A stretch of DNA of 36,082 nt from Octopus sinensis. Lineage: Eukaryota. A model generated the notes under the pieces. It saw only the letters and a list, made by a program, of their open reading frames with translations, did no database searches and was not told the DNA's origin. The stretch is from contig NW_021826219.1 of NCBI RefSeq assembly GCF_006345805.1, positions 1 to 36,082 on the forward strand, written 5' to 3'. This document shows positions 10,036 to 22,107 of the stretch, piece after piece (positions within the stretch are counted from its first letter, which is position 1; each line of letters opens with the position of its first letter). The translations under genes and the position numbers were made by a program.

Positions 10036-10118
10036 ACCTTCTACACCTTCTATCATATTTAATGACAATTATAGTTTTTATTTTTGGTGGTACATTGCTA
10101 AACAGCTGCCTAATTTAA

Positions 10119-10345
10119 TCTCTTATATAAAATCCGTTCTGTGTGTGTGTGTCTTCTAGGATCTCGGGCATCCTCCATCCGATTGCACTCAAAGTTGATA
10201 TGTAGATACTGATGGTATCAGGGCGTGTATAAGTCTTGAAAAAATTACAAAAATCAATTCCAGGTGAGAATGCGATTGATAAAGCCATGGGAACGTGCAT
10301 TTGTACACGTAAGTACATCAGCACCGTCCATTGGATGGTGGGGGG
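10119..10345 (+). mobile_element. Helitron-like 5' fragment
   Basis: A|TCTCTTATATAAAA followed by TCTGTGTG tract and CCGATTGCACTCAAA; no CTRR end seen. Confidence 0.5.
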
Positions 10346-10369
10346 GGGGCGTTTTGCTCGTTATATATA

Positions 10370-10535
10370 TATGATGGACCTCTCTCAGTTTCCATCTACC
10401 ACATCCACTCAAAAGGCTTTGGTTGGCCTGAGGCTATAGTAGAAAACACTTGCTCAAGATGCCACGCAGTGAGACTAAAACCAGTGCCATGCGGTTGGGT
10501 AGTAACCTATAGCCAAACAGATACACCTGCACCTA
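10370..10535 (-). mobile_element. SINE-B 5' half
   Basis: Matches the reverse complement of 1370-1532. Confidence 0.8.
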
Positions 10536-10749
10536 ATGTATATATAATATATATATAATTAAAATTATACACATATAATATATATATAATATAGGACAAT
10601 CAGTTGGTTGTTATAATAATACTCAGAGTTTCAGATGCCCAAACTCACAGTATTTTTATGAAAACCAGCTGATTGTCCTATATAATAAATTTATTGATAA
10701 ATTTCTCTATTTACATAATATCGAGGTCTCATTCATTCTTTCGTTGTCA

Positions 10750-10757
10750 TATTATTG

Positions 10758-10789
<32 letters not shown>

Positions 10790-10850
10790 GTTATTATTGT
10801 TTTTTATTATTGTTATTATTATTATTATATTATTATTATTATTATTATTG

Positions 10851-10886
<36 letters not shown>

Positions 10887-10896
10887 TATAATATGC

Positions 10897-10928
<32 letters not shown>
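10750..10928. repeat. (TAT/TGT)n plus (TA)n microsatellite
   Basis: Directly visible. Confidence 0.95.
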
Positions 10929-11501
<573 letters not shown>

Positions 11502-11595
11502 TGATAATTATAACCTATAAGGTTTTTCTTCCCATTGCTGCCACTTGATCTGATTGTTATTTAAAATAACGATCTTATCCTTATTTATATAGAAA

Positions 11596-11597
<2 letters not shown>

Positions 11598-11665
<68 letters not shown>

Positions 11666-11771
11666 GTATGTATGTATGTATGTATGTATGTATGTATGTA
11701 TGCATGTATTATATATATGTATGTATTATATATGTATCATATATATATATATATATATATTATATTATATA

Positions 11772-11809
<38 letters not shown>

Positions 11810-11901
11810 GTATATATGTATGTATACATACATATACATAATATATATATATATATATTATATATATATATGTATACACACACATACACGCATATACATA
11901 C

Positions 11902-11940
<39 letters not shown>
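11598..11940. repeat. (TA)n/(TATG)n/(TG)n microsatellite
   Basis: Directly visible. Confidence 0.95.
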
Positions 11941-11943
<3 letters not shown>

Positions 11944-12085
11944 CAAGCTATTTCCTATTTCCAAATTCACTCACAGGGCTTTGGTCGGCGTGGTGCCTTA
12001 GTAGAAGGTACTTAGCCAAGATGCTGCACGGTGGGACTGAACCTGGAACCGTGTGGTTGGGAAACAAACTTCTTACCACGCACTC
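11940..12085 (-). mobile_element. SINE-B 5' half
   Basis: GGGACTGAACCTGGAACC is the reverse complement of the B-box region. Confidence 0.8.
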
Positions 12086-12178
12086 ACATACATGTGCTTT
12101 TGCGTGTGTGAAGTTATAATAGTTTCAGAAAATATTGACATATGAGTTGTGCTAGAAAGTAGTTTCCATTCTAAAATA

Positions 12179-12746
12179 GGATCTTTTCGGTTTGAACGGC
12201 AGTTTTTTCTAGCAGTGTCATATGAAATTATCACCCATAATTATGACCCTAGTATCGATCTATTGCATTTCAATCTGTTTTAGGGTTAGTGTTAGGGGTG
12301 GGGGGAAGGGTATCTTTTTTTCTTCACAAATGTAAATAAACCCAATCTGTTTCTTAAACGAGGGACATATTCATACAGCACAGAATGTTTTTTTACCTCA
12401 ATAGATGTCATTGATTGGTTGAAATTGCAGAAATTAAAGAAAAAACAACAAATATCTTACAAACTATAGAATTTTCTCAATGAAGCCATAAGAAAAAGAT
12501 GTTTTATAAACACATTCTACCAGTATACGAAGTTTAAAATTTTTTAGTTACTCTCTCTTTTACTCTTTTACTTGTTTCAGTCATTTGACTGCGGCCATGC
12601 TGGAGCACCGCCTTTAGTCGAGCAAATCGACCCCGGGACTTATTCTTTGTAAGCCCATTACTGATTCTATCGGTCTCTTTTGCCGAACCGCTAAGTGACA
12701 GGGACGTAAACACACCAGCATCGGTTGTCAAGCAATACTAGGGGGA

Positions 12747-12794
<48 letters not shown>

Positions 12795-12983
12795 CGACGG
12801 GCTTCTTTCAGTTTCTGTCTAGCAAATCCACTCACAAGGCTTTGGTCGGCCCGGGGCTATAGCAGAAGACACTTGCCCAAGATGCCACGCAGTGGGACTG
12901 AACCCGGAACCGTGTGGTTGGTTTAGCAAGCTACTTACCACACAGCCACATGTTAAAAACTGCCGTTCAAACCGAAAAGATGC
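12179..12983. mobile_element. Non-autonomous DNA transposon (MITE), ~28-bp TIR, 8-bp TSD, Merlin-like
   Basis: GGATCTTTTCGGTTTGAACGGCAGTTTT ... AAAACTGCCGTTCAAACCGAAAAGATGC; TSD CTAAAATA at 12171-12178 and 12984-12991; superfamily inferred from GG termini and 8-bp TSD. Confidence 0.85.
12552..12949 (-). mobile_element. SINE-B, near full length, nested in the MITE
   Basis: Highly similar to the reverse complement of 1379-1800; absent from the MITE copy at 24660-24877. Confidence 0.92.
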
Positions 12984-13403
12984 CTAAAATATTTCCTAAT
13001 TCGTGGGACTGGATCGTAACGCGTGGAGAGATGCTTTTTGCATCCGAACACAAACGCCGTGCTTTGTTTAAACAGGCAAATCGTTCCGATTACTGCTGCT
13101 ACTGACGACGGCGTCGACAACGATGACGTTGATGATGACGACTGCGACGTGCCCGAGGTTGTCGTTGGATGTGGTTTTGACAGCTTCGTTGGCGACGTCG
13201 ACAACAACAACGATGATGATGATGATGATGATGATCTTGATGGTGTCAGTGATGATAATAATGGTGGTTTTATCAGTGCTACTGGAGATAGTGGAAGCGG
13301 TCATTAACATTGCATCAAAAAAAATTAGAAAGTTAATAGCTCCCTCCTTCCTCCATCTTTTATTGTTCTATCTCCCAATTTTCTCACAATATGTGTGTGC
13401 GTT

Positions 13404-13830
13404 AAGGCGGCGAGCTGGCAGAAACGTTAGCACGCCGGGTGAAATGCGTAGTCGTATTTCGTCAGCCGTTACGTTCCGAGTTCAAATCCCGCCGAGGTCG
13501 TCTTTGCCTTTCATCCTTTCGGGGTCGATAAATTAAGTACCAGTTACGCACTGGGGTCGATGTAATCGGCTTAATCCCTTTGTCTGTCCTTGTTTGACCC
13601 CTCTATGTTTAGCCCCTTTTGGTCTATAAAGAAATAAGAAACTTTAGCACGCCGGTCGAAATGCTTAGCAATATTTCGCCTGTCTTTATGTTCTGAGTTC
13701 AAATTCCGCCGAAGTCGACTTTGCCTTTCATCCTTTTCGGGATCGATAAATTAAGTACCAGTTGCGTACTGGAGTCGATGTATTCGACTGAACCCCTCCC
13801 CACAAAAATTTCGGGCCTTGTGCCTAGAAT
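13404..13830 (+). mobile_element. SINE-A dimer (T1 unit + T2 unit)
   Basis: Full unit 13404-13638; second unit starts AAAC(T)TTAGCACGCC at an AGAAA microhomology and ends CCCCTCCCCACAAAAATTTCGGGCCTTGTGCCTAG. Confidence 0.9.
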
Positions 13831-13938
13831 ATGTGCCTAGAATATGAACTCTCCTGATATATTTGTATATTCTGCATTCTAAATGTATTGAGTTCGTTTT
13901 TAAATTGTGGCTTCCCTAATATACGATTACTATGTGAT

Positions 13939-13980
<42 letters not shown>

Positions 13981-14104
13981 GCACATTGCAATTCTGAATT
14001 TTAGCCACACCAGAAAAGTTGGTAATGTATCTATAGTCAATTGAGTATACTTCCGTTTTTGACCGATGTATAATTTATCAAATCTGGTGAATAAATAAAT
14101 AATC

Positions 14105-14316
14105 GTTTCTTCTCTGAGAACAATGCTTAAAATTTCGTGGGGAGAGGGTAAGTAGATTACATCGACCCCAGTATTCAACTGGTACTTATTTTATCGAGCT
14201 CGAAAGGATTAAAGTCAAAGTCCACCTCGGCGGAATTTGAACTCAGAACGCAAAGTCGGATGAAATACTGCTAAGCATTTCGTCCAGTGTGCTAACGGTT
14301 CTACCAGCTCGCCGTC
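14105..14316 (-). mobile_element. SINE-A (T2-like tail)
   Basis: Head, B box and central domain on minus strand. Confidence 0.85.
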
Positions 14317-14317
<1 letters not shown>

Positions 14318-14368
<51 letters not shown>

Positions 14369-14390
14369 TAACAATAATAATAATGATAAC

Positions 14391-14422
<32 letters not shown>

Positions 14423-14495
14423 CAATAATAATAATAATGATAATGATAATAATAATAATGATAATGATAATATAACAATAATAATAATAATAATG

Positions 14496-14527
<32 letters not shown>

Positions 14528-14768
14528 AATAATGATAATGATAATAATAATAACAATAATAATAATGATAATAATGATAATAATAATAATGATAATAATA
14601 ATAATGATAATGATAATATAATGATAATGATAATAATAATAACAATAATAATAATGATAATAATGATAATAATAATAATGATAATAATAATAATGATAAT
14701 GATAATAATAATGATAATGATAATAATAATAACAATAATAATAATAATAATAATGATAATAATAATAA
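14318..14768. repeat. (AAT/GAT/AAC)n microsatellite, ~450 bp
   Basis: Directly visible. Confidence 0.97.
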
Positions 14769-14769
14769 G

Positions 14770-14977
14770 GGTTTCAAATTTGTCACAAGGGTAGTTTGGG
14801 GGCAAAGATTAAGTCAATTACATCATCCCTAGTGTTTTACTGTTACTTAATTCATCGATCCTGAAAGGATGAACGGCAAAGTCAACCTCGGCGGAGTTTG
14901 AACTCAGAACGTAAAGACGGACGAAATACCGCTAAGCATTTTGCCCGGCGTACTAACTGTTTTGCCAGTTCGCCGCC

Positions 14978-14979
<2 letters not shown>
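14770..14979 (-). mobile_element. SINE-A (T3 tail)
   Basis: Same layout as 4022-4229. Confidence 0.85.
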
Positions 14980-15014
<35 letters not shown>

Positions 15015-15015
<1 letters not shown>

Positions 15016-15367
15016 TTCAAATTTTTGCCACAGGAGCAGCTTGGTGGAGGGAATTAAGCCAATTGCATCGACCCCAGTGCGTAACTGGTACTTATTTAAT
15101 CGACTCCGAAAGGATGAAAGGTAAAGTCGACGTCGGCGAAATTCGAACTCGGAAATACCTATTTCTTTACTGCTCGCAAGGGGCTACACATAGAGGGGAC
15201 AAACAAGGACAGACAAACGGATTAAGGCGATTATATCAACCGCAGTGCGTAACTGGTACTTAATTTATCAACCCCGAAAGGATGAAAGACAAAGTCGACC
15301 TCGGCGGAATTTGAACTCATAACGAGTGGCAGACGAAATACCTGTTTCTTTACTACCCACAAGGAGC
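15015..15367 (-). mobile_element. SINE-A tandem array: headless T3 unit, headless T1 unit, T1 tail stub
   Basis: Junctions GAAATAC|CTRTTTC at 15158/15159 and 15341/15342. Confidence 0.88.
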
Positions 15368-18300
15368 TTTACTACCCACTAAGGCCGAACACAAAACGAA
15401 ATAGGGACTACAAAACACAGAACGAGCGGGCCTTAGCACAAAAATATGTGTATGCACTAAAAAATAAGAATAAATAACAAAAAATTCAACAATAAAATTC
15501 CCCAAAGACGGGTGAGGTTCCACCCAGGGCCAACCAAGAACCCTTCATCTCCTGACCACCCCAACTCTCAGACGGTACCTCTCTCCTTCTCTCCGGCTTA
15601 CAAGCGTATTTCAGAGTAGGCCCATTCACACGGGTAATCCTCGCGGCATTTACCCACCGTTCATTAAAAAAAATGTTGGGGTGGGCAGCACTTACCCCTC
15701 CATCCTCACTTTCCTTTTCAACTGGAACTTGATAAAAGTCAATGAGAGCTTGGCTAAAGAGGAAAATATCTGTCTTCAGTCCTTTCGACCTCCTCCACCT
15801 CATTTCGCCTAGTCACTAGACAGGAAAACCGCTATTTATTCTTGGCCAAAATAAAGGTGCCGGGGTGATCCTCACGATGGACTCGGCTGATAATCGGATC
15901 CGTCCTACATGCGTCGACAGCTATTCGACAAAGCTCCACAAATCCGCTATGCCCGGTTTCATCACCCTGCGCACATCTTGGACAGGTTCGTCTGACAGCA
16001 CTTCCGTGCCTATAGAGCTTCTCTCGAACCGTCAGGGCGCCCTGGTAACACTGCTAGGCCAGAGATTTCCGGCCCGAAAGTTCTTCGGAAAAGGCCAGCT
16101 AATCGATCCCTCCTGATGCCCAGAGTTTCCTCAAAAACGTCGTCGCTCTTGCCCGCCACAAATCCTCAATCCAATGTGGGATTTCCACCGACTGCCTTGC
16201 TTGATTGGCAAGCGCTTACAGCCGCTTGCCGACACTCTAGGTGCGAAGCATCCTTTCTCGGTCTACAATTAATCCAGGACTGTAGCTCCGTCAATGAGAT
16301 GAGCTGCGTAAAAATCCTGTCTGACAAATGGCGATCAAACCTGTTCACCGTTAAAGAAACGCTGGAGATGTCGCAGCTTCAGCGCATGTCTGTGCATCAT
16401 TAACCACAGCATGCTCAGTCTTTCACTCAGCGGCTACTGACAGCAGATGGACCATCTGACATCCCTTCCACAGGAAATGGAAGAGCAAGCGCTCCAGCTT
16501 GATCAGCCACGATGCAGCGCAAGAGACGACGGTCAGGCGATACATGACGGAAGCGTCAGCTCTACCTGACTCTTCAGGGACAGCTTCCTCTCTGTTGATT
16601 TCTGAGTGAGACTAGCCGCCCTGCTCGTCACCTCCACTCACTTCTTGTCCACCTGGAAGTCCGGACTAAACCAGACTCCCGAGCATTTTAACCGGTCCTT
16701 CCGTCCACGGCCCTACGACGCTGTCGGACGACATGGACCTGCCTCTCTATGCCGAGCTGCAGGCTCACCAACTTCTCCTCGTTAATCTTTGTTCCTGTTA
16801 CCGCTTTGTACTCCCTTCAGGTGGTGCCGATCATCTTGATTTCCGAGATGCTCGACACTATTACGGTGACGTTGTCCGCATAAGCCGACTCGAACCTTCC
16901 GCATCCTTGTTCATGCGGGATACACATGAGGTGGAGATTGTCGTGGAAAGATATGCTTGAGATAGCGCATGTCTATGCATCACCGACCAGTTTATCGACG
17001 ACAAGCGTCAACCTCTTACGGACTTAAAATTATCTATTTGCCCCCCCTTCCTTGATCGGGTCCTTTCTCAGCAGTACCACCATGCCACGGCTCACTGCAC
17101 TGGGAATTCTCCCGTTCTGCTGCCAGTTGTGGTAAACATCCGCCAAGAGATTTCCGAACAAGTCTGGCATATGAAGATGACGCTCAAGCCCCGAAGACCT
17201 CTCTTTTGCAGCCAGCCATCATGTCCCTTATCTCTTCTACTGTTATCGGCATTTTGAAGAACTCTGCATCCCTTGTTGAAAGGCGCGGCATGCCATCGAA
17301 GGAGGAGATGAAATCCACCCCCGCCTCAATCTACTGCGCGTTTCGTGCAGTTCGGCAAAGCGTTGCTGATATTCTGCACACATCTGCTTGAATTCGAGTA
17401 GCATGTACCCGTCCCGGCCCGTCAAAGACCGCATTGTGACTTTGTTGCCACGTTGCGCTTCTTCTACCCAAGCCTATCGGACGGCTTTCATTTCTTCATG
17501 TCTTAACGCATGCGTCCTAGCTCTGACAACGCAACCTTCGTACTTAGCATTGAAGAACTGATCATGATCCAATCTCACCGCCAGCGTGTTAGTGGTTATA
17601 CTTCTTGTAAACTTCTTTTCTAGCTTCATAGCTAGGTCACCCTCTATTCTAGATTCTTTACTAAACCTTAATGCCTCTACTCTAATAGCTCTTTTCAGGG
17701 TTTTCCACCATCGGTTGTTGGCGATTGCACCCGACAACTTCCGAAGGACTAACTTGCTAATCCGGTCTCTGAAAGCTTGACGCGCTGGGAAAGACGCATC
17801 CAGTTTCCAGTATTCGGGGCCTTGTCTAGGTTGACCGTACAGAACACAGATTTGTGATCTGTGTAACCGACGACTTTAAATTGTGGACATCTTATGCTAC
17901 TTCTATCAAATTATTCTACAAATTAATCTATCTAGATATGATCTGGAAGACCTGATGCTGTTTGCCCGTGTTCATATTCGTGCATTTGGGAAACTTAGTC
18001 GGTATTTGTCAGCCAGTTGGAAACGACTGAGCAGGTTTGTGAGGCGTTTACACCCCATCTCCTATCGGCTCTCTCCTATCGGTTAGCCCCTCCAGCGTCC
18101 AATCCAGGGGTGCGCTTGAATCGCCCACAAGCACTAAAGAGCGAGACGTCCCAAGGAAAATTTCCAAACGTCTGAAGACATCTGTCTACCCCACTCCAGT
18201 CGGGGCGTACACAAAGACTGGTCTAAAAGTACCACCTTCACTATTGTTCATATCTAGGACCATCAATTTACTATTCGGGTCCAGAAAGATCGTTCGTACC

Positions 18301-18375
18301 TCGAGATCCAGTACTACCACTCCGCTTCCCATTTCAGCCGACTAAGAGATGCGTAGATTTCAAAATCGGGGTCTT
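15367..18375 (-). mobile_element. Degenerate L1/Tx1-clade LINE (APE, linker, partial RT, C-terminus, 3'UTR)
   Basis: VYAP (18201-18212), TDHKSV (~17850), GPEYWKL (~17800-17821), WWKTLKRAIR/GCVVRAR, AYADNVT (16865-16885), FNERWV; many stops, frameshifts and a deletion in RT. Confidence 0.85.
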
Positions 18376-18419
18376 GAATAATAGGGGCTACATTTGAGCT
18401 ACTTCCCTTCATTGTTGAA

Positions 18420-18528
18420 TTGTATTGATTTTACTAGTTATTACTTCGATTAAATAAAAGTTATTCTGAGTTGAGATATGGTTGCTTTACGATGGTTAAA
18501 AACCGCAACAACTTTTGCAGCAACCTGT
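18420..18528 (+). mobile_element. mariner right-end relic
   Basis: AAAACCGCAACAACTTTTGCAGCAACCT resembles the Hsmar1/MADE1-type TIR. Confidence 0.55.
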
Positions 18529-18529
18529 T

Positions 18530-18530
<1 letters not shown>

Positions 18531-18593
<63 letters not shown>

Positions 18594-18682
18594 ATGCAGA
18601 GTAATTCAGAAATCCTTTTAGCAGTTAAACGTTATATGTTTCGAATTTTGTCTTCGCTATTTTCTTGTAATATTTACACACC

Positions 18683-18752
<70 letters not shown>

Positions 18753-18800
18753 GAATATCCTTAACATAGCATAATACACACACATACACATGCACACACA
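18531..18800. repeat. (CA)n microsatellites
   Basis: Directly visible. Confidence 0.9.
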
Positions 18801-18843
18801 CATATGCATGCACACTCATCCAAAATAAGTTGGTAGCATTTAC

Positions 18844-19030
18844 CATGCTTTCCACTTATCGTTTTTACTCCCCGTGTGGTCGTGCGCAGATACCCTCGGC
18901 AGTTCCACACTTGATCTACGAATCATCTTGGATGTGTTTACAGATAACATTTTGAGCATTTCCGTGCCATCAAGAATGACATTCGACATTGATGTCTCAT
19001 TATATTTAAAAAGTAATGGGGTGTTATTCG
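18844..19030 (-). CDS. Candidate host exon of an unidentified gene
   Basis: ATTGTTATAG acceptor, TG|GTAAAT donor, open frame NNTPLLFKYNETSMSNVILDGTEMLKMLSVNTSKMIRRSSVELPRVSAHDHTGSKNDKWKA; not recognised as a repeat. Confidence 0.35.
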
Positions 19031-19463
19031 CTATAACAATTTTAATGAAACATTATTGATATATCTATTTAATCTTATTTATTTTAGGGTAATTTTCCAA
19101 CGGAAGGAAACAAGGAATGGAGGCCACAGGAACAATGAGAATTGAGTATACAGAAATAAATACCACGTTTTATACATATAGATAAATTGTGCGTATAATA
19201 TTGTTTAATGATATATTCAATTAAAAATTAATATCGGAGAGTCAGGTGAAAATTGCGAATTATCAAATAATCTGTTTGTTGAACAAAGAGTATCTTGACA
19301 GTAATTAAAATTTTAAAAAAAGCAAACAAGCAAAAGATGAACAAAACACACTCACACGTACATTGCATTTAATTTTATCTAAAGACCAGTCTTTGTCTTA
19401 CGAATAGATCATTTAAAAATTCTCGAATTTCATGTGACTATTAAAAAATATCAATTTTTAATC

Positions 19464-19702
19464 GAACATTTCGGAAAGAATTGTAATTTACTCTATATAA
19501 GAAACGAATGCTCAGATGAACCAGTCTGATAATGTCATACGCGAAACTCTCGGCCGTTGTGTCACTTGTATTTTTGCGAATTAAAAATATATAAAAAGTA
19601 TATATACTCATGTATTGTGTTCTATTTTTTCTATTCACCCTATAAGATCTAAATTTGTTCTTGTTCTTCATATATATATATATGTATGTATGTATGTATG
19701 TC

Positions 19703-19738
<36 letters not shown>

Positions 19739-20175
19739 TGTGCGGTAAGAAGCTTGCTTCCCAACCACATGGTTCTAGGTTGAGTCCCACTGCATAGCAA
19801 CTTGGGCAAGTGTCTTCTACTATAACCTCGGGCGACCAAAGCTTTCTGAATGGATTTGGTGGACGGAAACTGAAAGAAGCCTGTCGTATATATACGTGTG
19901 TCTGTGTGTGTGTATTTGTGAGTTTGCGTCTGTGTTTGTCCCTGTAACTTAGCGTCCCGACAAGGGGAACCGATAGAATAAGTACAATAAATCTTGGGGT
20001 TGATTTGTTCGACTAAAACTCCATAGGTTGATGCTCCAGCATGGCCACAGTCTAATGACTGAAACAAGTGAAAGAACATTTCAGAAAACTATAATTTACT
20101 CTGTATAAGAAACGAATGCTCAGATGAGCCAGTTTGATAATGAGCCATGCACGAAACTCTCGGCCGTTGTGTCAC
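19464..20175 (+). repeat. ~102-bp diverged direct repeat (19464-19565, 20074-20175) with a degenerate hammerhead-like core
   Basis: GAACATTTC...CTGATAATG...CGAAACTCTCGGCCGTTGTGTCAC twice. Confidence 0.85.
19735..20075 (+). mobile_element. SINE-B with internal deletion
   Basis: Matches 1380-1800. Confidence 0.9.
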
Positions 20176-20254
20176 CATAATGATATCCGTGGGGCAGCTG
20201 ATGATGAAGGTACGTTGGATTGTTGGTATGACTGTTTTTGTATGTGCGGAATAG

Positions 20255-20676
20255 TATTTATTTCTTTATTGCCCACAAGGGGCTAAACATAGAGAGGACA
20301 AACAAGGACAGACAAAGGGATTAAGTCGATTACATCGACCCCAGTTTGTAACTGGTACTTATTTAATCGACCCCGAAAAGGATGAAAGGCAAAGTCAATA
20401 TCAGCGGAATTTGAACTCAGAACGTAGCGGCAGACGAAATACCTGTTTCTTTACTACCCACAAGGGGCTAAACACAGAGAGGACAAACAAGGACAGACAA
20501 ACGGATTAAGTCGATTATATCGACCTCAGTGCGTAACTGGTACTTAATTTATCGACCCCGTAAGGATGAAAGGCAAAGTCGACCTCGGCGGAATTTAAAC
20601 TCAGAACGTAACGGCAGACGAAATAAGGCTACGCATTTCGCCCGGCGTGCTAACGATTCTGCCAGCTCGCCGCCTT
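20255..20676 (-). mobile_element. SINE-A dimer (T1+T1)
   Basis: Junction GAAATAC|CTGTTTC at 20442/20443; imperfect TSD TGCGGAATAGTATT / TGCGTAATTGTATT. Confidence 0.9.
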
Positions 20677-20861
20677 ATGCGTAATTGTATTGTTGGATTG
20701 TTAGTATGGCTGTGGAAGTAACCTTCAACAATGAAGAGGAAGTAGCTCAAAACGAACTTCAAAGAATTCGTCAGTTCTTGCACTCCAGAATTTTATGCTA
20801 CGGAATTTTATGCATCCCTTGTCGAAAGGGATAACACATCCTTTTGGTATATATATGGCGT

Positions 20862-21480
20862 CTGGGCTAAATTTGACGGCTTGCATTAAAGGGAATGAAA
20901 ACAAAATATACCATCCAAAGATAAATGTATTTAAAAACAAAATTAAACTTGATTATGGCTGGGAAATAATAATTTACTCAAAGTAGCTGCCCTCAGATTC
21001 CACGACGGCTCCGGATTCTAGCACATGCATTCCTCACTGTGTCCGTGGAAAGATCTTTGAACACCTCCTTGATCTTGGCCACTAGTCAGAGCTGTGGTGT
21101 TTTTCTCAACTGCGTCTCATACATAGTAATCCATGGGATAACAATCGGGAGAAGTAGGAGGCCAGAAATTGGGGCTAATGAAGTCGTAAAATTCTCCGAC
21201 TGGCTCTTTCTGGAGATATGGCAAGGAACCGAATCCTAATGCCACAAATATGGCCTTCCAGCAGTAAGCCTCTCCAGTCAGGGTTTGACCATAATTTCCT
21301 GCAGCATCATAGAGACACCTGAATTGAGCCCAAGGTCCTGTTCGAAGGACCTTGGGTTCAAAGGACCTGTGATGGTATGACCTGACCCTGCAGGTACCCT
21401 CAAAGACCATCATAGTCTGGGGAACTTGGTTTCATGATGCATATCTTATTTTGATACCCGGAGCTGACCATCATGGTACA
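20862..21480 (-). mobile_element. Tc1/mariner (maT-like) transposase relic
   Basis: FYDFISPNFWPPTSPDCYPMDYYV, related to 7543-8385. Confidence 0.75.
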
Positions 21481-21519
21481 GGTAGTTCCTTTCCAATATG
21501 CAGACGGCTTCTAGTCCTC

Positions 21520-22030
21520 CGTGTCAGCTAGCTTTTTCTCAACTACAGCTCTAATCCTTATGCTCTCCAACGCTGTTGACTGGAAAAAGTTTCCAAACAC
21601 CGCTTTTTCTAATGTTCTGAAGAAGGGGGTCTTCACCTCCGAAATATATATACATCCCACCCTACGCCATCCCTTACACCCACTCCCACATACCCCTCAT
21701 CTACCCCCACCCTCACCCTAACCCTTACTTGCTTTCCCCACTCTCGCCTTCCCCACCTCCCAACACCATCACACTACACCATACATCACCATATCACAAC
21801 ACACCACCACGCACACACCAGCACCGACCACTTCCCAGACCCACGTTTTCACACCTACACGTACACACATGCACACGTCAAGATCACCAGCCCTCTTCCA
21901 CACGCACATGCACCTTCCTTTTGGGATCACCACTACTTTATTATCTCCTCTTCTTCCTAGCTCTCCTGTATGACTCTTCTGTCCAGCATTCGCCATGATA
22001 GATCGCTAGCCGCTTACACATTCTTTATTT
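21520..22030 (+). mobile_element. Penelope-type 3' region / pLTR-like repeat
   Basis: Hammerhead motif at 21611-21655; end CATTCGCCATGATAGATCG is shared with ~32687. Confidence 0.55.
21611..21655 (+). ncRNA. Minimal hammerhead relic
   Basis: AUGUU-CUGAAGA-A-GGGGGU(CUUC)ACCUCC-GAAA-UAUAUA-UACAU. Confidence 0.5.
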
Positions 22031-22074
22031 TCTTATATATACTGTACTTGCAAACTCGCTGTGGGAGGTATAGA

Positions 22075-22107
22075 ATCCAATGTTTCGGACAAAATCGTCT
22101 TCAGGGA
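22075..22107 (-). ncRNA. Degenerate minimal hammerhead-like motif
   Basis: Minus strand CC-CUGAAGA-CGAUUUUGUCC-GAAAC-AUUGGA; stems II and III damaged. Confidence 0.35.

Noticed and set aside
9408-10118. 236-aa ORF as a stand-alone gene
   Set aside because: Chimera of the inverted RTE segment with (TA)n and a hairpin repeat
12279-12300. Interstitial telomere
   Set aside because: Only 2-3 imperfect TTAGGG units, inside a MITE
13023-13307. Asp-rich ORF as an exon
   Set aside because: Degenerate (GAT/GAC/AAC)n low-complexity tract, open in several frames on both strands
14243-14805. Poly-N/I/L/Y ORFs (likewise those at 6201, 10673, 11641, 29049, 31065, 32826)
   Set aside because: Microsatellite translations
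18376-18400. GGCTACATTTG as the displaced SINE-A head at the LINE 5' end
   Set aside because: Would support the targeting model, but the match to GGCTACGCATTTCG is too short and gapped to count
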